From the NCBI RefSeq assembly GCF_964355755.1, contig NC_092674.1:21886001-21950000 (forward strand): 64,000 nucleotides of DNA, given 5' to 3'. Below the pieces are notes generated by a model, which searched no databases, was not told where the DNA came from, and saw nothing but the letters and a program-made list of their open reading frames with translations. The DNA is from Antedon mediterranea (taxonomy: Eukaryota; Animalia; Echinodermata). Positions 61,301 through 64,000 of the stretch are shown one piece after another. The number at the start of each line of letters is the position of its first letter. Positions within the stretch are counted from its first letter, which is position 1. Made by a program: the position numbers and the translations under genes.

Positions 61301-63451
61301 TTATTAAAATATATATGTTTAGACATTTATTACATTAATATCCCACCTCTATTATAGGGACACTTTCCTGTGAAACAGACAAGGACAAATATATGTTTTA
61401 ACATTTTGGCCAACCACTATTTAAGGTACATTACAATATGTCGGGTCCCAAAGTTTTGCCCTTGATAAAGTTTCTAATTTATAGTTTTCTTTGCTGTACC
61501 ACTATCTGATCAACCATGCCCTAACATGAATTTGTGTGTAGGGCAGTCTTTGCCGCTATAATTTAATTTTTTTTAATATAAGGTTATATTTTAACTGTTT
61601 GTATTGTATGGAGTGAATGCAGAATCTGTTTGGGCTTTAGCCTATTCTCATTCCTTTTTCATTGGTGACCGAATAAATATTATTATTATTATCTTAAGTT
61701 ACTCCAACTTATTTATAAATATTCAAATAAATATTTGATTACTATACAGAGATCTAGATAAACCTTTTTACTAATATTTATAAATATTTATTTATATATT
61801 AAATTATCAGTTAAACAATCTTGTTTCTAGAGTTTAACAAAATCTCCTAAAGATTATCCAGACAAGAAAAGTCTACCACATGTCCATGTAGCTCTCTGGA
61901 TGAATTCTCAAGGTGGCAAAGAAGTAGGAGCTGGTGACACGGTGGCTTACGTCATATGTGAGGTAAGCTATTAGTTAGACTGAACTTTTTCAGTTTGACT
62001 TGAACAGTTCAAATATATTGTTGTTGTGAACCAGGCCTTGCCTAGAATCTTATTCATAAACTTTAAACTTGACACAACTTGGGATAGCACCTACCAGATT
62101 GCTAAGAATTAGTTAGCAAGGGTTGGGTCTGGTGTGATATTTAGGGGTCTGGAGTTTCAAGGTATCAAAATGACCAGAATTATACTAAAAAACGTTTAAA
62201 AAAAACAACTTTTTTTGCTACTTTATTGTACCGTTTAAAAACCATTTTTAGTTTTATTTATTTTTGTCTTTTCTATTTAGGATGGCTCAGCATTACCGGC
62301 AAGTCAGAGAGCATACCATCCGGATGAAGCAAAGAAGCAGAGTCATTTAAAAATTGATGTCAAATACTATTTATCACAGCAAGTACACCCAGTAGTGTCT
62401 CGGTTATGTGACCCCATTGATGGCACAGATGCTGCCCATATTGCAGAGTGTCTGGGTGAGTCTTTATTTACCTACCAAGAGAGGCAGAGCAAAATGTTAT
62501 GGGAGCACTAATGGGGCAAAGATGGCCATAATGCTCAATTTCATAGTGTGTATTGGATACTTCAATACATTCATCCATGTCCCCTGAATTCAGGTGTCAA
62601 AATGCTAAGGCCTAGACTTTGAGAGATGCAGTGATTTAACTTTTCCTTCAGGCCTACCCGGTAGCAGTGCGGCTTCTCATCTAAAAAATCCTAAAAGCAT
62701 AAACCTGAGGTATTCTGCTTTTTAATGACCCTAAAATACATTTTGATTGCATTCAAATATCAATTTAAAATGTCACTAAACCAACTACTATTGACTGTTA
62801 CAGTTTTATCAAATGTAAATCTAAATTTATTTGAACATACAAACAAAAATAAGCGAACACAAGCTATATTATTCCAAACTATAATGCAAGACCTAATCAT
62901 GTTTTTCTATATGTTTTTTTCTAGGCCTGGACCCTTCTGGTTACAAGCAGGCCCTAAGGCAACAGGAGGTTGATCATGATGCTTATGAAGGCTTTGAAGC
63001 CCAAATGACAGATGAAGAGAAATACAAAGACTGTGAATTATTCAAATTTGTCTGTCCTGCCTGTAAAAAACAAAATATAATTGATACTGTAATTACAAGC
63101 TCTGTAAGTGTAATATCACACTTAGGCTAAGGGAAATACTTGCACTTAGAATTTGAAAATGTGGATACCACTTTAAGTAAAAAAAACTTCTATTTATTAT
63201 TATTACTTAAGTGAAATTTATCACTTAAGTGTGATTGGAGAATACTGGATTTTAACTTGAGGCCATTAGTAAGGCATGTAACTAATCATGATTAATTATT
63301 TCTTAATTTCTTTCTTCATTTTGTAAAGAATTCCTGCCGTTTAGAAGCATGCTCAAATGAGGAGTGTGGGAAGCCTCTGTACAAATATGAAGCGCAGATG
63401 AAAAACCAAATACGTGTGATGATACGCAGATGTGTGGCCAAGTACTATGAT
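43336..63451 (+). CDS. POLA1: DNA polymerase alpha catalytic subunit (p180); 34 exons (about 1369 codons) in window, 3' end outside
   Basis: Exons: 43336-43405, 44244-44356, 44644-44740, 45450-45527, 46140-46177, 46601-46750, 47199-47248, 47443-47717, 48451-48586, 48910-49100, 49766-49878, 50238-50336, 50813-50887, 51192-51330, 53714-53868, 54248-54332, 54433-54494, 55025-55114, 55431-55547, 56654-56832, 57043-57172, 57732-57848, 57933-58020, 58519-58631, 58799-58948, 59529-59651, 59958-59990, 60119-60300, 60869-60985, 61108-61240, 61831-61962, 62281-62455, 62925-63103, 63329-63451. Frame is continuous. Motifs: [43 protein letters not shown] (A), KLTANSMYG (B), YGDTDS (C), [17 protein letters not shown] and C-terminal CxxC zinc finger. 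A second in-frame ATG is at 43354. Confidence 0.97.
43771..44045 (+). mobile_element. 5'-truncated CR1-type LINE 3' end
   Basis: ORF2 C-terminus [11 protein letters not shown]...[34 protein letters not shown], short 3' UTR and (AAACT)n tail. Confidence 0.85.
45225..45341. mobile_element. Short MITE
   Basis: TIRs AAGCTTGGTTCCCACTT / AAGTGGAAACCAAGCTT. Confidence 0.7.
45750..46044 (-). mobile_element. tRNA-derived SINE (family A)
   Basis: On the minus strand: A box TGCTGAGTGG, B box GGTTCGAGGC, core GATAAGGACTATAAACTGCAGGTCC; a second copy lies at about 54615-54835 on +. Confidence 0.7.
46800..47120. repeat. Old degenerate minisatellite (about 20-bp unit, CCTAAAGTTCTT..AAC.AG)
   Basis: Recurrent (G/A)CCTAAA(A)GTT words at about 20-40 bp spacing. 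Confidence 0.55.
47743..47917. mobile_element. pogo/Tigger-like MITE with TA TSD
   Basis: TA|CCGTATATGACCGAGTATAATCCCA ... TGGGCTATACCCGATCATATTCAG|TA. Confidence 0.55.
47923..48240. repeat. Tandem duplication, 160-bp period, 2 copies
   Basis: ACACCCTCTGATCCA at 47951 and 48111; about 140 bp near-identical. Confidence 0.9.
49168..49478 (-). mobile_element. Full-length tRNA-derived SINE (family B) with L2-type tail
   Basis: Minus strand: A box TGGCGCAGAGTG, B box GGTTCGAATCC, core TGTATCCTTAGGCAAGATACTT...CACCCAGGTGTATAAATGGGTACC, 3' end GCGCTATATAAGAA followed by (ATT)n. Confidence 0.85.
51512..53223. mobile_element. Non-autonomous PIF/Harbinger transposon, 1.7 kb
   Basis: Perfect 30-bp TIRs GGCGTCATCTACAAATTATTTCAGACCACA, TAA target duplication on both sides, multiple subterminal CAGACGCG motifs. 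Confidence 0.9.
54615..54835 (+). mobile_element. tRNA-derived SINE (family A), second copy
   Basis: AGTGGAACAGTAATCCATTGCCTTA...GGGTTTGAGGCTTACTCG...GGATAAGAAGTATAAACCATAGGTCCA aligns with the reverse complement of 45750-46044. Confidence 0.65.
55973..56500. repeat. Minisatellite, 35-bp unit x about 15
   Basis: Unit AAATAGCAGTACAATCACATACACAATAAACATTG, near-perfect (one A>G variant near 56096), no spacers. Confidence 0.97.
57223..57594. mobile_element. Harbinger-like MITE
   Basis: Left AGCTGATTTTTCACTACCCGAATTTGTTCGCGCGA vs right (reverse complement) AGCCGCTTTTTCCACTAGATGAATTTGTTTGCGCGA; T/A-rich flanks. Confidence 0.7.
58120..58379. mobile_element. Degenerate Harbinger-like MITE
   Basis: AAGACCCCTATTTACGCT ... 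AGTGTAAATTTGGTCTT; interior shared with 27825-28437. Confidence 0.55.
60342..60670. repeat. Minisatellite, 19-bp unit x about 17
   Basis: Unit CAACGCAGGTACGTAAG(T/C)G; explains the three overlapping minus-strand pseudo-ORFs at 60193-60689. Confidence 0.97.
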
Positions 63452-63554
63452 GTAAGTAGTTGTATGTAACGTTATTCTTTTACGTCTTGCTAATGTGCTT
63501 TGAGCAGCCATGTTGAAACACTGATTCTCATCAGAACACCAAAGTTAAATTTGA

Positions 63555-63720
63555 TAGTGTAGGCAGAGCTTAACAAGGGATATCAGAATAGCATGGGTTT
63601 GAAACCTGTCTATGCCTGCCATATTGCTTGTATCCTTAGGCAAGATACTTATTTTGTTGCATCGTTCTTCGTATGGGACAAAAAGTTGTTCATTCTGTGT
63701 ATATATATATATATATATAT
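63555..63720 (+). mobile_element. Degenerate SINE fragment followed by (TA)n microsatellite
   Basis: GGGTTTGAAACC B-box-like motif and ATTGCTTGTATCCTTAGGCAAGATACTT identical to the family B core. Confidence 0.5.
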
Positions 63721-64000
63721 AAATTCAAAGGCAAATTACTGAAAAAAATGACAATGCTGTGGGTAACAGTGGCTGGATCTCAATGGAGATACAAAAATAA
63801 AAAGCGAAAAGCTAAATCAAAACGATAAAGTAAACAGCCAGAAAAGTTAGCAGAGCTTTCGGGCAACACTAGCCCTTCATCAGTGATATATATATTGATC
63901 ATGTGCATGAGACAAAGAATTGTCTATCTTATTTGAACAGAGTAAGAGATAGTCTCCCAATGTTCTGAACATGTCTTTGTCAGGAGTGTAAATATGGAAT

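Overview
AT-rich, intron-rich animal genomic DNA (probably a marine invertebrate; taxon not provable from the sequence). Three host genes are present: (i) the first two coding exons of an unidentified minus-strand gene that runs off the left edge; (ii) a complete minus-strand GCKIII kinase gene (STK24/25/26 co-ortholog, about 417 aa, 9 coding exons, 6355-39588, probable TSS near 42030); (iii) the plus-strand DNA polymerase alpha catalytic subunit POLA1 (34 exons in the window, 43336-63451, 3' end outside), head-to-head with the kinase. The kinase's first coding intron holds an intact, apparently very young 5.37-kb DIRS1-like tyrosine-recombinase retrotransposon (33139-38507) with identical 170-bp ITRs, an ICR that reconstructs the circle junction, gag, RT-RNaseH-methyltransferase and YR ORFs. 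The most striking signal is its gag stop codon: UGA-CGG followed by a GC-rich stem-loop, in frame with a stop-free frame that runs to the end of the recombinase, while the AUG-less RT frame opens at +1 just before the stop. This suggests one recoding site that makes Gag, Gag-RT (+1 frameshift) and Gag-YR (readthrough). The introns also contain many MITEs (PIF/Harbinger-, Tc1/pogo-, hAT-like and a 4-bp-TSD element), tRNA-SINEs, a CR1 3' fragment and two young minisatellites. All exon boundaries were read by eye from splice signals and reading-frame continuity, with no transcript data.
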